From a virus: a stretch of 33,013 nt of DNA. Below the pieces are notes generated by a model. That model had not been told where the DNA came from. It searched no databases and saw nothing but the letters and a program-made list of their open reading frames with translations. This document shows, one piece after another, positions 1 to 6,493 of this stretch; position 1 is the stretch's first letter, and every line of letters starts with the position of its first letter. The DNA is taken from IMG/VR virus record IMGVR_UViG_3300045988_097193. One strand, written 5' to 3'. Position numbers and translations under genes: made by a program.

Positions 1-43
1 ATAGCGCGGCAGCGCGCCCGAATTCCCACAGGGTAGGGGGGGG
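1..43. repeat. Left copy of a 43-bp direct terminal repeat, identical to 32971..33013
   Basis: 1..43 and 32971..33013 are identical base for base. This implies circular closure (32,970 bp unique) or a short terminal redundancy. Confidence 0.95.
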
Positions 44-89
44 GTTGGCTTGCCCCAGGTTATCCGAAGCGTTCCCCTATGCCCCTACC

Positions 90-467
90 TTAATAGCCCT
101 CAATCCTCTTGGCCGCAAGCCCTCGCAGGTATTCCTTCGTCAGCCCGCCATCGTCCGCCATCCCATGGTGCAGCCTGCACAGGCACACGAGGTTGCCGTC
201 CTCAATCAGCCCGTCCGGGTCTTTCCTGAGCTTCTCTATGTGGTGGACTTCCAATCCCTCGGTCGTGACCTTCCCTTGGTCTCGGCATACCTCGCACATC
301 CAGTGCGCATCGTCTCGCACCTGTAGGCTCTTCCTCTTCCACCTAGATGTGAACCTGAGCCTGTCCGCGCCCGTCCTCTCGTACCTGTATGTCGGCTTCC
401 TCATCGGGCATGGCTCACCGTATGCGTGCATCTTCCCGCACCTGCTGCAAGCCCTGTATGCTCCCAT
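90..467 (-). CDS. HNH endonuclease, packaging-associated type
   Basis: ORF 90..488; ATG at 467 lies 6 nt after a G-rich SD. Motifs seen: CSRCGK, CEVCR, EVHHIEKL, NLVCLCRLHH. Across the circular junction it sits next to the P27-type TerS and TerL. Confidence 0.85.
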   Translation of the reverse strand: MGAYRACSRCGKMHAYGEPCPMRKPTYRYERTGADRLRFTSRWKRKSLQVRDDAHWMCEVCRDQGKVTTEGLEVHHIEKLRKDPDGLIEDGNLVCLCRLHHGMADDGGLTKEYLRGLAAKRIEGY

Positions 468-555
468 GTGCGTCCCCCCCCCCTTCAATCAGCAACGGGC
501 CCCGCCGATTAGGTGGGACCCGCTTGGTGGTCTTGCTCAGATGATTTGACGCCGG

Positions 556-1617
556 TTATCCAACCGTGAGCACCTGTCCGGGATAGATGAGGTTCGGATT
601 GGAGATACCGTTGATGTTGGCGAGGTGCTGCCACGAGGTGCCGTATGCCGCGGCGATGCCGGAAAGGGTATCGCCGCTCTTGACCGTGTAGGTCTTACGG
701 GCCGGAGCCGATGCGCCCAGCTTCGCGTTCACGATTGACTGGATAGCGTCCGGGTCATATCCAGCCTGAGCAAGCCTGTTGCGCCTGTCGTTTCCGTTTC
801 CCCATGCGCCACTGATGACCTCGTTTGCAATCTGCTCGTTGCTCTTCTTCGAAGGCTGGAGCTTTGCATTGACGATTGACTGGATGGCATCGTAATCATA
901 TCCGGCACTTGCGAGACGGTTGCGCCTATCGTCTCCGTTGCCCCACTGGCCTGCGATTACCTCGTCGGCAATCTGCTCGTTGCTCTTTCCAGCCGGTGCA
1001 GGTGCCGGAGCACTTGCCTTGCCCACGTACTTCGCCCACGCAGTAGCGTCCATGTATGCCTTGTCGAGGTCTAGGTTTCCGGAGTAGCCGGGGAGCCTGC
1101 CATGGCTAGAGTACTGGCGAATGGCGCAACCATAGGCTCCCTCGTTCCATGGAGCGTCCTGATAGCCGGTGGCGTTGTTGTCGCCGTACTGCGCGACCCA
1201 TGCGCCGCAATTGAGAGCCTGCGCGACGCCCCACGGGAATACACTTGCAGACGCGTAGATGAGCGGCCTGACTCCCGTGCGGTCGATGACTCGCTGGACG
1301 AGCTGCTTGAGGTAGCCGGTGTTGCCCCACGCGAAATTCTCAACTTTCTCCCAGTCGATGCACGGGATGCCCTTGCCGATGTATCCTGCGCAATGGTTCA
1401 CGAAGAAGTCAGCTTCCGCCTGTGCTCCGCTGCCGTCCACATAGTGATAGAAGCCGAACGGCTTGCCGAGGCTGATGGCCTGCTGCACCTGCGCGTCGCA
1501 GGCGCCCGAGACGAAGTTCACGCCCTGTGTACCCTTTACGATTACGAAATCACATGGTACCTTCGAGAGGTCGATTCCCGCCTGCAATCCGCTGATGTCG
1601 ATTCCCTGCATTGCCAT
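556..1617 (-). CDS. Endolysin: GH25 muramidase + 2x CW_7 (Cpl-7-type) repeats + C-terminal LysM
   Basis: Start taken at ATG 1617, 2 nt after the holin stop. The 414-aa ORF upstream of that is Arg-rich read-through. GH25-like [34 protein letters not shown]. Two 42-aa SNEQIA(D/N)[30 protein letters not shown] repeats. Lys[18 protein letters not shown]... Confidence 0.9.
   Translation of the reverse strand: MAMQGIDISGLQAGIDLSKVPCDFVIVKGTQGVNFVSGACDAQVQQAISLGKPFGFYHYVDGSGAQAEADFFVNHCAGYIGKGIPCIDWEKVENFAWGNTGYLKQLVQRVIDRTGVRPLIYASASVFPWGVAQALNCGAWVAQYGDNNATGYQDAPWNEGAYGCAIRQYSSHGRLPGYSGNLDLDKAYMDATAWAKYVGKASAPAPAPAGKSNEQIADEVIAGQWGNGDDRRNRLASAGYDYDAIQSIVNAKLQPSKKSNEQIANEVISGAWGNGNDRRNRLAQAGYDPDAIQSIVNAKLGASAPARKTYTVKSGDTLSGIAAAYGTSWQHLANINGISNPNLIYPGQVLTVG
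718..984 (-). repeat. Two 126-bp coding repeats (718..843 and 859..984) encoding the CW_7 cell-wall-binding modules of the endolysin
   Basis: Near-identical DNA and protein repeats separated by 15 nt, read directly. Confidence 0.9.
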
Positions 1618-1619
1618 GT

Positions 1620-1853
1620 CTACTCCGTCCTTTCCGATACCTGCTTCGAGGTTGCCGCGCTTACACCGATGAGGGCACCGATGAGAACCCCGGTCGCGTT
1701 GAGCGTGAGCACGATTGCATCGGCGTTCGGGATTCCCCACGCAGGGAACACCGCGCCGATGAAAGTCGCGATTGCGGGACACGCGATAAGTCCCGCCCAT
1801 TTCAACCCGTGGTAAAGCTTGTCGTTGATGATGTACTCTTTCATTCTTTCCAC
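1620..1853 (-). CDS. Holin (77 aa, two predicted TM segments; resembles Dp-1-type holins)
   Basis: Lies immediately upstream of the endolysin. Hydrophobic stretches [15 protein letters not shown] and [11 protein letters not shown], with a charged C-terminus. Confidence 0.8.
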   Translation of the reverse strand: MERMKEYIINDKLYHGLKWAGLIACPAIATFIGAVFPAWGIPNADAIVLTLNATGVLIGALIGVSAATSKQVSERTE

Positions 1854-1857
1854 CTTC

Positions 1858-2250
1858 CTAATCGTCCATTGTCGGCAGCGCCATCATCTCGTCGTAGAGG
1901 TTCGTGGCGATGCCGTTGCCGCCTAACATGTGATAACTCTGATATGTGCGCTCCATTATTTCCTTGTCCACGGTCGAGGCGTGGCCGACGCGCACGGCAT
2001 GATGATGTGTCCGCATGAGCTCGCTTCTCAGCAGCGCCCGCAAGGCCGATTTGAAAAGCTCGTTCTCCTCGTCGGCTTTCTCCTTCTCGATGCGCATGTT
2101 CGACAGCGTTGTGCCAATAAGGGCGACGACTGCCGCAGCCGAGTAAATTGCGAACTGCGAATCGATTCCTGGATTCGACACAAGCGTAGCGGTCGCTGCC
2201 AGCACAGACGGGATGCACACCCATAGAAGTTTTTCCCAGAATCCCTGCAA
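1858..2250 (-). CDS. Membrane protein of the lysis cassette (130 aa; N-terminal TM helices and a cytoplasmic helical domain); function unknown
   Basis: First gene after the TATAAT at 2289..2294 and 5 nt upstream of the holin. Only a TTG start (2250) is available in frame. TM-like WVCIPSVLAATATLV and AIYSAAAVVALIGTTL. Confidence 0.6.
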   Translation of the reverse strand: MQGFWEKLLWVCIPSVLAATATLVSNPGIDSQFAIYSAAAVVALIGTTLSNMRIEKEKADEENELFKSALRALLRSELMRTHHHAVRVGHASTVDKEIMERTYQSYHMLGGNGIATNLYDEMMALPTMDD

Positions 2251-2288
2251 TTCCGCTCTTTTCCGATTGGTTTTTTAACACTCCCTTG

Positions 2289-2294
2289 ATTATA
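2289..2294 (-). promoter_or_regulatory. Perfect -10 hexamer (TATAAT on the minus strand) ahead of the lysis cassette
   Basis: Minus strand reads gtgacgTATAATcaaggg, just downstream of terminator 2324..2350. No good -35 was seen. Confidence 0.4.
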
Positions 2295-2323
2295 CGTCAC
2301 GCGGAGCGGGAATTGCGGGAACG

Positions 2324-2350
2324 ATAAAAAAGGCCCCGTTGCTGGGGCCT
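2324..2350 (-). terminator. Intrinsic terminator (minus strand)
   Basis: GGCCCC-agcaac-GGGGCC stem-loop followed by a U7 tail on the minus strand. Confidence 0.8.
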
Positions 2351-2373
2351 TCATGCTGCATCTCTTTCTGCTT

Positions 2374-2592
2374 TTACAGCTCTTCTGCCTTGAGAAACTT
2401 GGGTCCGAGGTAATCGAGGTCGTAGTCGGATGCGGTCGCCCTATCGAGCTTGCTGATGTAGTAGATGAAGTTGTGGTACCTGCGGCCATCGGCTGTTCCA
2501 CCTTCAGCCACGCATACGAACCCATCCTTTGGCTGGCACCCAATGTCGTAGGGGCGCAGGCGCATTCCGTACTTGTAAGTGAGGATTTCCAT
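2374..2592 (-). CDS. Small conserved phage/ICE-type protein (72 aa), function unknown
   Basis: ATG 2592 follows SD GAAAGGAAAC. The motif YGMRLRPYDIGCQPKDGF recalls a small domain seen on Firmicutes phages and conjugative elements; this is from memory and I cannot name the family. Confidence 0.6.
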   Translation of the reverse strand: MEILTYKYGMRLRPYDIGCQPKDGFVCVAEGGTADGRRYHNFIYYISKLDRATASDYDLDYLGPKFLKAEEL

Positions 2593-2608
2593 TTTCGTTT
2601 CCTTTCTC

Positions 2609-2633
2609 AAAGCCCCCATTTCTGGGGGCCTTC
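2609..2633 (-). terminator. Copy a of the repeated GGCCCCCAGAAATGGGGGC hairpin (weak U tail)
   Basis: A 20-bp core (2611..2630) is identical to 6121..6140. It lies between two small genes. Confidence 0.6.
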
Positions 2634-2641
2634 GTGCTCTT

Positions 2642-2851
2642 CTATATGCGATTAAAGAGGCTTGCGTAGTCCTCATTTACGTGATACCACGTTCCGTCGT
2701 ACCTGACGGCTCCCAATTCGCAAAGCCTGTCAACGTCTTTCCTGTTCTCTGCGTTCTTCAGCCCGTCACCGCCAATCCACAGATTCCCAAGCTCGTCAAC
2801 TGCCATGCACTCCGCCGCGTTGCGAACCTCTGTTGCGATTTCGTTATTCAT
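2642..2851 (-). CDS. Hypothetical small protein (69 aa)
   Basis: ATG 2851 follows the conserved GAGAGAGAAAGGAACCC SD box. Flanked by terminators. Confidence 0.65.
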   Translation of the reverse strand: MNNEIATEVRNAAECMAVDELGNLWIGGDGLKNAENRKDVDRLCELGAVRYDGTWYHVNEDYASLFNRI

Positions 2852-2887
2852 CGTGGGTTCCTTTCTCTCTCCCATCTTTATGTAACA

Positions 2888-2901
2888 AGTATACACCTAT
2901 A
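2888..2901 (-). promoter_or_regulatory. Cassette box C1 (minus strand TATAGGTGTATACT), 50 nt upstream of the ATG
   Basis: One of three aligned copies (see 6411..6424 and 6724..6737). Contains the -10-like TATACT. Confidence 0.45.
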
Positions 2902-2930
2902 ACGACCTTATATCGGAAGTTTTTTCAAAA

Positions 2931-2960
2931 TAAAAAACGGGAACCCTCTCGGATTCCCGT
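2931..2960 (-). terminator. Intrinsic terminator (minus strand)
   Basis: ACGGGAA...TTCCCGT stem followed by a U6 tail on the minus strand, directly after the RHH gene. Confidence 0.8.
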
Positions 2961-2965
2961 CAGTC

Positions 2966-3139
2966 CTATTTTCTCAAATCGGCGCGTATCAGCTCCTTGA
3001 TGTAACCCTGCTTGCTGGGCACGCTGTCTAGCTTTTCCAGAACGTCCTCGTCGGTTCGGCGGTTCAGCTTCAGGTGAACCTGCCGCGTGTTCTCAGCGTC
3101 GTACTTCTTCTGTGCCTTGATTTGCGCTTCAGTTGCCAT
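2966..3139 (-). CDS. Ribbon-helix-helix-like small DNA-binding protein (57 aa)
   Basis: ATG 3139 follows SD GGAGGTGA. KKYDAENTRQVHLKLNRRTDEDVLEKLDSVPSKQGYIKELIRADL has a beta-strand then two-helix pattern typical of RHH (Arc/CopG-like) proteins. Confidence 0.55.
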   Translation of the reverse strand: MATEAQIKAQKKYDAENTRQVHLKLNRRTDEDVLEKLDSVPSKQGYIKELIRADLRK

Positions 3140-3250
3140 GCGCGTCACCTCCGGTTGTCGATTAGGTCTGCCAGCCTCGGCCACATGCCCGGCCACGCCG
3201 TTGAGTCGGGGGTGAACACCAGCTCGAAGGGGGCTCCGGCGCCGCCTGCT

Positions 3251-3583
3251 CTACTCATCGCCCTCACCCCTCAGTTTGCACTGCAACTTGGTCAAATCGA
3301 CTGACACGGCCTTCAGGTCGCGCTCAATCTTCTCGGCGCGGTCGAGCGCCTGCATGATTTGGAACGCGCCTTCCTCGTCCTTGCGCAGCACCAGCCCGTA
3401 GACAACGGCCAACGCGGCGCTAAGGCTTTGGAAGAACTTGCCGCAATTGCACCACTTTGGGCTTCTGTCCCCCATGTTCTTCGCAAAGCCCTTGTTGCTC
3501 GGCTTGCGGAACTCCTGCAACTCCCAGTTCGCGGAATCGCGCCTGTGGAGCCTGTAGCCGTAGCCGAAATCGATATACTCCAT
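3251..3583 (-). CDS. Hypothetical protein (110 aa), last gene of the PP-loop operon
   Basis: ATG 3583 follows SD GGAGATAGGAG, 5 nt after the preceding stop. Confidence 0.6.
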   Translation of the reverse strand: MEYIDFGYGYRLHRRDSANWELQEFRKPSNKGFAKNMGDRSPKWCNCGKFFQSLSAALAVVYGLVLRKDEEGAFQIMQALDRAEKIERDLKAVSVDLTKLQCKLRGEGDE

Positions 3584-3590
3584 CGTTCTC

Positions 3591-3911
3591 CTATCTCCGT
3601 TCGTAAGATGATGCTTCTGGGTAATCATCCTCGGTTTCGATTTTGTCTAGATTTCCAGACAGCCACAGGCACATCGCCGTACTGAGCACCGTCACTACCG
3701 CGCGGTCATATTCCACGTCTGTAATGCACTTTGCGTTGCGTCGCTTGGCGTCTGAGGTTGTACCGGCTGGCTGCACCATGGCCGTTCTAATCGTTTTGAG
3801 CGCATCTTTCATCGCCTGCTTGTCGGCGGCGCTGAAACCACCCTGCCACGTTGAGAACGTGAGCATTGATTCGAGCAGCGGGCTGTGGCCGAAATTGACT
3901 AGACCCGTCAT
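3591..3911 (-). CDS. Hypothetical protein (106 aa)
   Basis: ATGA start/stop overlap with the upstream gene at 3908..3911. Confidence 0.6.
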   Translation of the reverse strand: MTGLVNFGHSPLLESMLTFSTWQGGFSAADKQAMKDALKTIRTAMVQPAGTTSDAKRRNAKCITDVEYDRAVVTVLSTAMCLWLSGNLDKIETEDDYPEASSYERR

Positions 3912-4276
3912 TCTTCGGTCCTTCGATTAATCTGGGCGCGGTTGAGAACCTTGGTGCGCAGCTCCGCGCAATCAGCGCTCGGATAGGTCGGCGCCACCTC
4001 TTTGCGGATAGCAGCCGCGCATACCGCCACGCCATATGCAATGTGCGGTGCCACGAGGTCTTCATCACGCATGAATCCCCGGTAAAGCGTGTCCACTTTG
4101 GCTAGTGCCCTCTCCCACGCCTTGCAGCGTTCGCGGTACATCTTCATGCGGTCGTGCGTCTTGGATAGCTTCGATTCAAGCCCTCGGCAATGGCGCTCAA
4201 GGTCAGCGTGCTTTCGCTTGAGGTCGGATAGCTCTTCGGCGTAGCCCAGAGCCAGCGTTTGGTAGTCTTGCATCAT
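3908..4276 (-). CDS. Hypothetical coiled-coil protein (122 aa)
   Basis: ATGA overlap at 4273..4276. Heptad-like charged N-terminal half. Confidence 0.6.
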   Translation of the reverse strand: MMQDYQTLALGYAEELSDLKRKHADLERHCRGLESKLSKTHDRMKMYRERCKAWERALAKVDTLYRGFMRDEDLVAPHIAYGVAVCAAAIRKEVAPTYPSADCAELRTKVLNRAQINRRTEE

Positions 4277-4497
4277 GCGCGTCCTCTCTTAACGTAGTAA
4301 ATGCAGCCCGCCGCCGCGCTCGTAGGGTTGTTCGGCGAGTCGAGAAGGTCGACAGGGATATGCAACTTCTTGCAGTAGTAGGCATTTGGAATGTTCCTGC
4401 CGAATAACTCGCGCCTAAGTTTCGTGCGCTCTTCGTCAAGCGCGAAATGGCAGCACTCGCCGCAGTGGTAGCGGTAGCCCGCACTGTCATACGCCAT
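4273..4497 (-). CDS. Small Cys-rich protein (74 aa), possible metal-binding
   Basis: ATG 4497 overlaps the PP-loop gene end by 11 nt. Contains HCGECCH, YYCKK and AGCIYY. Confidence 0.55.
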   Translation of the reverse strand: MAYDSAGYRYHCGECCHFALDEERTKLRRELFGRNIPNAYYCKKLHIPVDLLDSPNNPTSAAAGCIYYVKRGRA

Positions 4498-5215
4498 AGC
4501 TTCCCTCCATCTGTGTTTCAAGCGCTTCGCACGCGAACCCGCACGACGGCATGACCTCTTTCATCATGTTTCCGCGATTCGGGTCAAGTTCATCGAGGAA
4601 CACGCCTTTGATGCAGCTGTGCCCGATTTCGCGCTCCTGCCTTGCGCGGCGCTCGGACACGTCCGGGAAGTCTCGTCTAATCCTGTTCCAGTAGCCCATG
4701 CCGCCCTTCACGCACCCGATGCAGTTGTTGTTCGGGTATCCCATGTCGTACATGACTGGCCGTTTCAATCCGAGCCTGCTGCATATCCCGTGGCAATCGG
4801 ATTTCGTGAGGCCGCGTTCAATCAGCGGGAACTCGTTCCGCGCTTCAAGCTGCGCCGACACTATCCTGTCAGAGCGTCTCTTTTCGTTCACGTCATAGCC
4901 CCAGATGTAGACATCATCGCCCGTGAGGTTGTCGCGCTCCCATTGCTGGCGCACGCGCTTCTTCAGCATCAGCGTGCATGCCGCGCCCGCCGGTCCGTTG
5001 ATGTATCGCCTGCGCTCTATCACGTCATCGACGCTCGCGTATTCGCTCGACTTGATAATCTCGATTTCGCGGCCGAGGACTTTCTCTGCGTCGCGCAAGA
5101 AGCGCATCGAATCGGGATGCTGGTTTGCCACGTCGATGTAGACGATGCGGTCTGGCTCCCCGTAGTATGCAGCGACGAATGAAGAACATCCTGAACTGAA
5201 CCACGCGACTCTCAT
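4487..5215 (-). CDS. PP-loop ATP-pyrophosphatase / PAPS-reductase-like protein (adenine nucleotide alpha-hydrolase superfamily)
   Basis: ATG 5215 follows SD GGAGAAGGTGG. N-terminal VAWFSSGCSSFVAA is a variant of the SGGxDS PP-loop. Also GAACTLMLKK and a C-terminal NNCIGCVKGG. Confidence 0.7.
   Translation of the reverse strand: MRVAWFSSGCSSFVAAYYGEPDRIVYIDVANQHPDSMRFLRDAEKVLGREIEIIKSSEYASVDDVIERRRYINGPAGAACTLMLKKRVRQQWERDNLTGDDVYIWGYDVNEKRRSDRIVSAQLEARNEFPLIERGLTKSDCHGICSRLGLKRPVMYDMGYPNNNCIGCVKGGMGYWNRIRRDFPDVSERRARQEREIGHSCIKGVFLDELDPNRGNMMKEVMPSCGFACEALETQMEGSYGV
4977..5026. repeat. 50-bp patch near-identical to 5846..5896 (direct orientation)
   Basis: catgcc-gcgcccgccggtccgttgatgtatcgcctgcgctc(t/c)atcacgtc. 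One substitution and one 1-nt indel separate the two copies. Confidence 0.9.
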
Positions 5216-5427
5216 TCGACCACCTTCTCCGCTTCCTTTATTCGAGATTCGACCGTACTGGAGATGTTCTTGCACCATGCTTTCATCTCGTTCATGTACG
5301 CCCGGAAATTGCGAGTAGCGACCTCTTGAAACTGAAGGTAGTTGAGCAACTGAGCGAGAGACGGGTCATCTCCAATGTCAGCAGCCTCCGCCCTCTCCTC
5401 TAGCTGTATGTATTCCGAAAACGTCAT
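5212..5427 (-). CDS. Hypothetical protein (71 aa), first gene of the PP-loop operon
   Basis: ATGA overlap with the PP-loop gene at 5212..5215. Confidence 0.6.
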   Translation of the reverse strand: MTFSEYIQLEERAEAADIGDDPSLAQLLNYLQFQEVATRNFRAYMNEMKAWCKNISSTVESRIKEAEKVVE

Positions 5428-5506
5428 TCGCCTACCGCCTTCCTGTCACTCATCACTTTTTCGTTCCCGCGCCCGGAACATCCCGGAGCTATAGCGATGC
5501 GTGCCG

Positions 5507-5701
5507 TCATGCCGGTGCCTGCCCGAACAGGGCGAGCACCGTCCACAGCACAGCCGGAATCACCACGTAGTCGATGAGCCAGCAGAGTCCGATGAACCCG
5601 ACCGCTGCGCCAGCGGCCCTGAGCTGCCACGGGAAGCGCGCGTGTCGTACCCCGCACCTCGACGGTGCCTTTGCGTCCACAGTAAATTCCATGTCCCTCA
5701 T
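5507..5701 (-). CDS. Small membrane protein (64 aa)
   Basis: ATG 5701 follows SD GGCGGAGAAG and forms an ATGA overlap with the DUF3310 stop. Hydrophobic AAVGFIGLCWLIDYVVIPAVLWTVLALF. Confidence 0.5.
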   Translation of the reverse strand: MRDMEFTVDAKAPSRCGVRHARFPWQLRAAGAAVGFIGLCWLIDYVVIPAVLWTVLALFGQAPA

Positions 5702-5962
5702 TGTTCTTCTCCGCCCCTCATTCGGTACTCTAGCCATTCGCCCGTGAGCGCGTGATGCAGGTAGTTCTCGGCCTTGCCCAGCTCTATGTCTAGAGCGTCC
5801 TTCCTGCCGGCCCTCAGAAGGTATTTGAGCGCGTTCCCGACGTCCCATGCCTGCGCCCGCCGGTCCGTTGATGTATCGCCTGCGCTCCATCACGTCGGCG
5901 ATAATGCCCTCCGCTTGGATGCCGCGCACCTCGTAGCGTTCGTGCCCGTCCGCTTTCTCCAT
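5698..5962 (-). pseudogene. DUF3310-like gene broken by a single-nucleotide insertion
   Basis: N-terminal frame reads MEKADGHERYEVRGIQAEGIIADV... The C-terminus, in the +1 frame, reads WDVGNALKYLLRAGRKDALDIELGKAENYLHHAL...*. Removing base 5852 restores one 87-aa ORF. The GNA(I/L)KY...KA.(W/N)YL pattern is typical of DUF3310. Confidence 0.7.
5846..5896. repeat. Second copy of the 50-bp patch (51 bp here, extra T at 5852)
   Basis: See 4977..5026. Confidence 0.9.
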
Positions 5963-6118
5963 AACGTTCCTTTCTCTCTGGGATTCGCAGTGACGGCCTG
6001 TCTCTCGATGGTTTGTGCCGTTTGCCCTCTCCCTTCCTGATGTATCTAAGTATATACCGATGTTTACGAAAAGGGAAGACTTCTCGGGAATTTTTTAAGC
6101 GGCAATTCCTGGCATAGA

Positions 6119-6141
6119 AAAGCCCCCATTTCTGGGGGCCA
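6119..6141 (-). terminator. Copy b of the repeated hairpin terminator
   Basis: Minus strand GGCCCCCAGAAATGGGGGC followed by UUUUCUAU, directly after gene 6172..6375. Confidence 0.75.
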
Positions 6142-6171
6142 TGTCCTACCTTACGAAATTTTGCAGTTCCC

Positions 6172-6375
6172 TTACGCTGCGGCGTGCTTGCTCCACAGGT
6201 CTGAATAGATTTTGTCGCTTTCTTCTTCCGAGACGCGCCCGTCGATAATCTCGAACCCACAGTCACGGAAAATCTCGCCTTCTGCCGTGTCCCAAGTCTT
6301 GTCAATTGCGTTGATGATTGCGCTGGTGCTAAGGCCGTTCATGAGCTTCATGAAGTTGTCGCGCGTTGCCTTCAT
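6172..6375 (-). CDS. Hypothetical small acidic protein (67 aa)
   Basis: ATG 6375 follows the conserved GAGAGAGAAAGGAACCCC SD box. Flanked by hairpin copies b and c. Confidence 0.65.
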   Translation of the reverse strand: MKATRDNFMKLMNGLSTSAIINAIDKTWDTAEGEIFRDCGFEIIDGRVSEEESDKIYSDLWSKHAAA

Positions 6376-6410
6376 TGGGGTTCCTTTCTCTCTCCCTCAC
6401 TTGCATAGTA

Positions 6411-6424
6411 AGTATGCACCTATA
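6411..6424 (-). promoter_or_regulatory. Cassette box C2 (minus strand TATAGGTGCATACT), 49 nt upstream of the ATG
   Basis: Aligned with C1 and C3. Confidence 0.45.
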
Positions 6425-6461
6425 CAAGGCAGGCGGAAGCGGGAATCGAAAGTTTCTCAAA

Positions 6462-6490
6462 ATAAAAAAGCCCCCATCTCTGGGGGCCTT
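6462..6490 (-). terminator. Copy c of the repeated hairpin terminator (one loop substitution), with a U7 tail
   Basis: Minus strand GGCCCCCAGAGATGGGGGC followed by UUUUUUAUUUU. Confidence 0.85.
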
Positions 6491-6493
6491 CTC

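Noticed and set aside
90-483. HNH gene flanked by complementary G9/C10 tracts as a mobile homing cassette.
   Set aside because: There are no target-site duplication, intron or intein features. An HNH next to a P27 TerS/TerL set is a standard packaging accessory, and the tracts are better explained as cos-region or SD features.
1618-1800. N-terminal extensions in the ORF track: lysin 556..1800, GT 31211..32224, SSB 10758..11327, major tail 23924..24604, regulator 6849..7241 and others.
   Set aside because: The extensions are Arg/Pro-rich, overlap the upstream gene in another frame and lack SD sites. Internal ATGs with good SDs, or ATGA coupling, give proteins that begin at the conserved N-termini.
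2028-2543. 171-aa and 146-aa minus-strand ORFs (2028..2543 and 1841..2281) overlapping the membrane-protein gene and the intergenic terminator.
   Set aside because: They are Ser/Arg-rich, span a terminator and promoter, and compete with a frame that encodes clear TM helices.
5507-5962. 151-aa minus-strand ORF treated as a single protein.
   Set aside because: It is a chimera: a DUF3310 N-terminus, then an out-of-frame Arg-rich stretch caused by one extra base, then read-through into a separate 64-aa membrane-protein gene that has its own SD and an ATGA coupling.
5814-6305. 163-aa minus-strand ORF.
   Set aside because: It is extremely Arg/Gly/Lys-rich, crosses a terminator hairpin and a promoter/SD module, and overlaps two better-supported genes in other frames.
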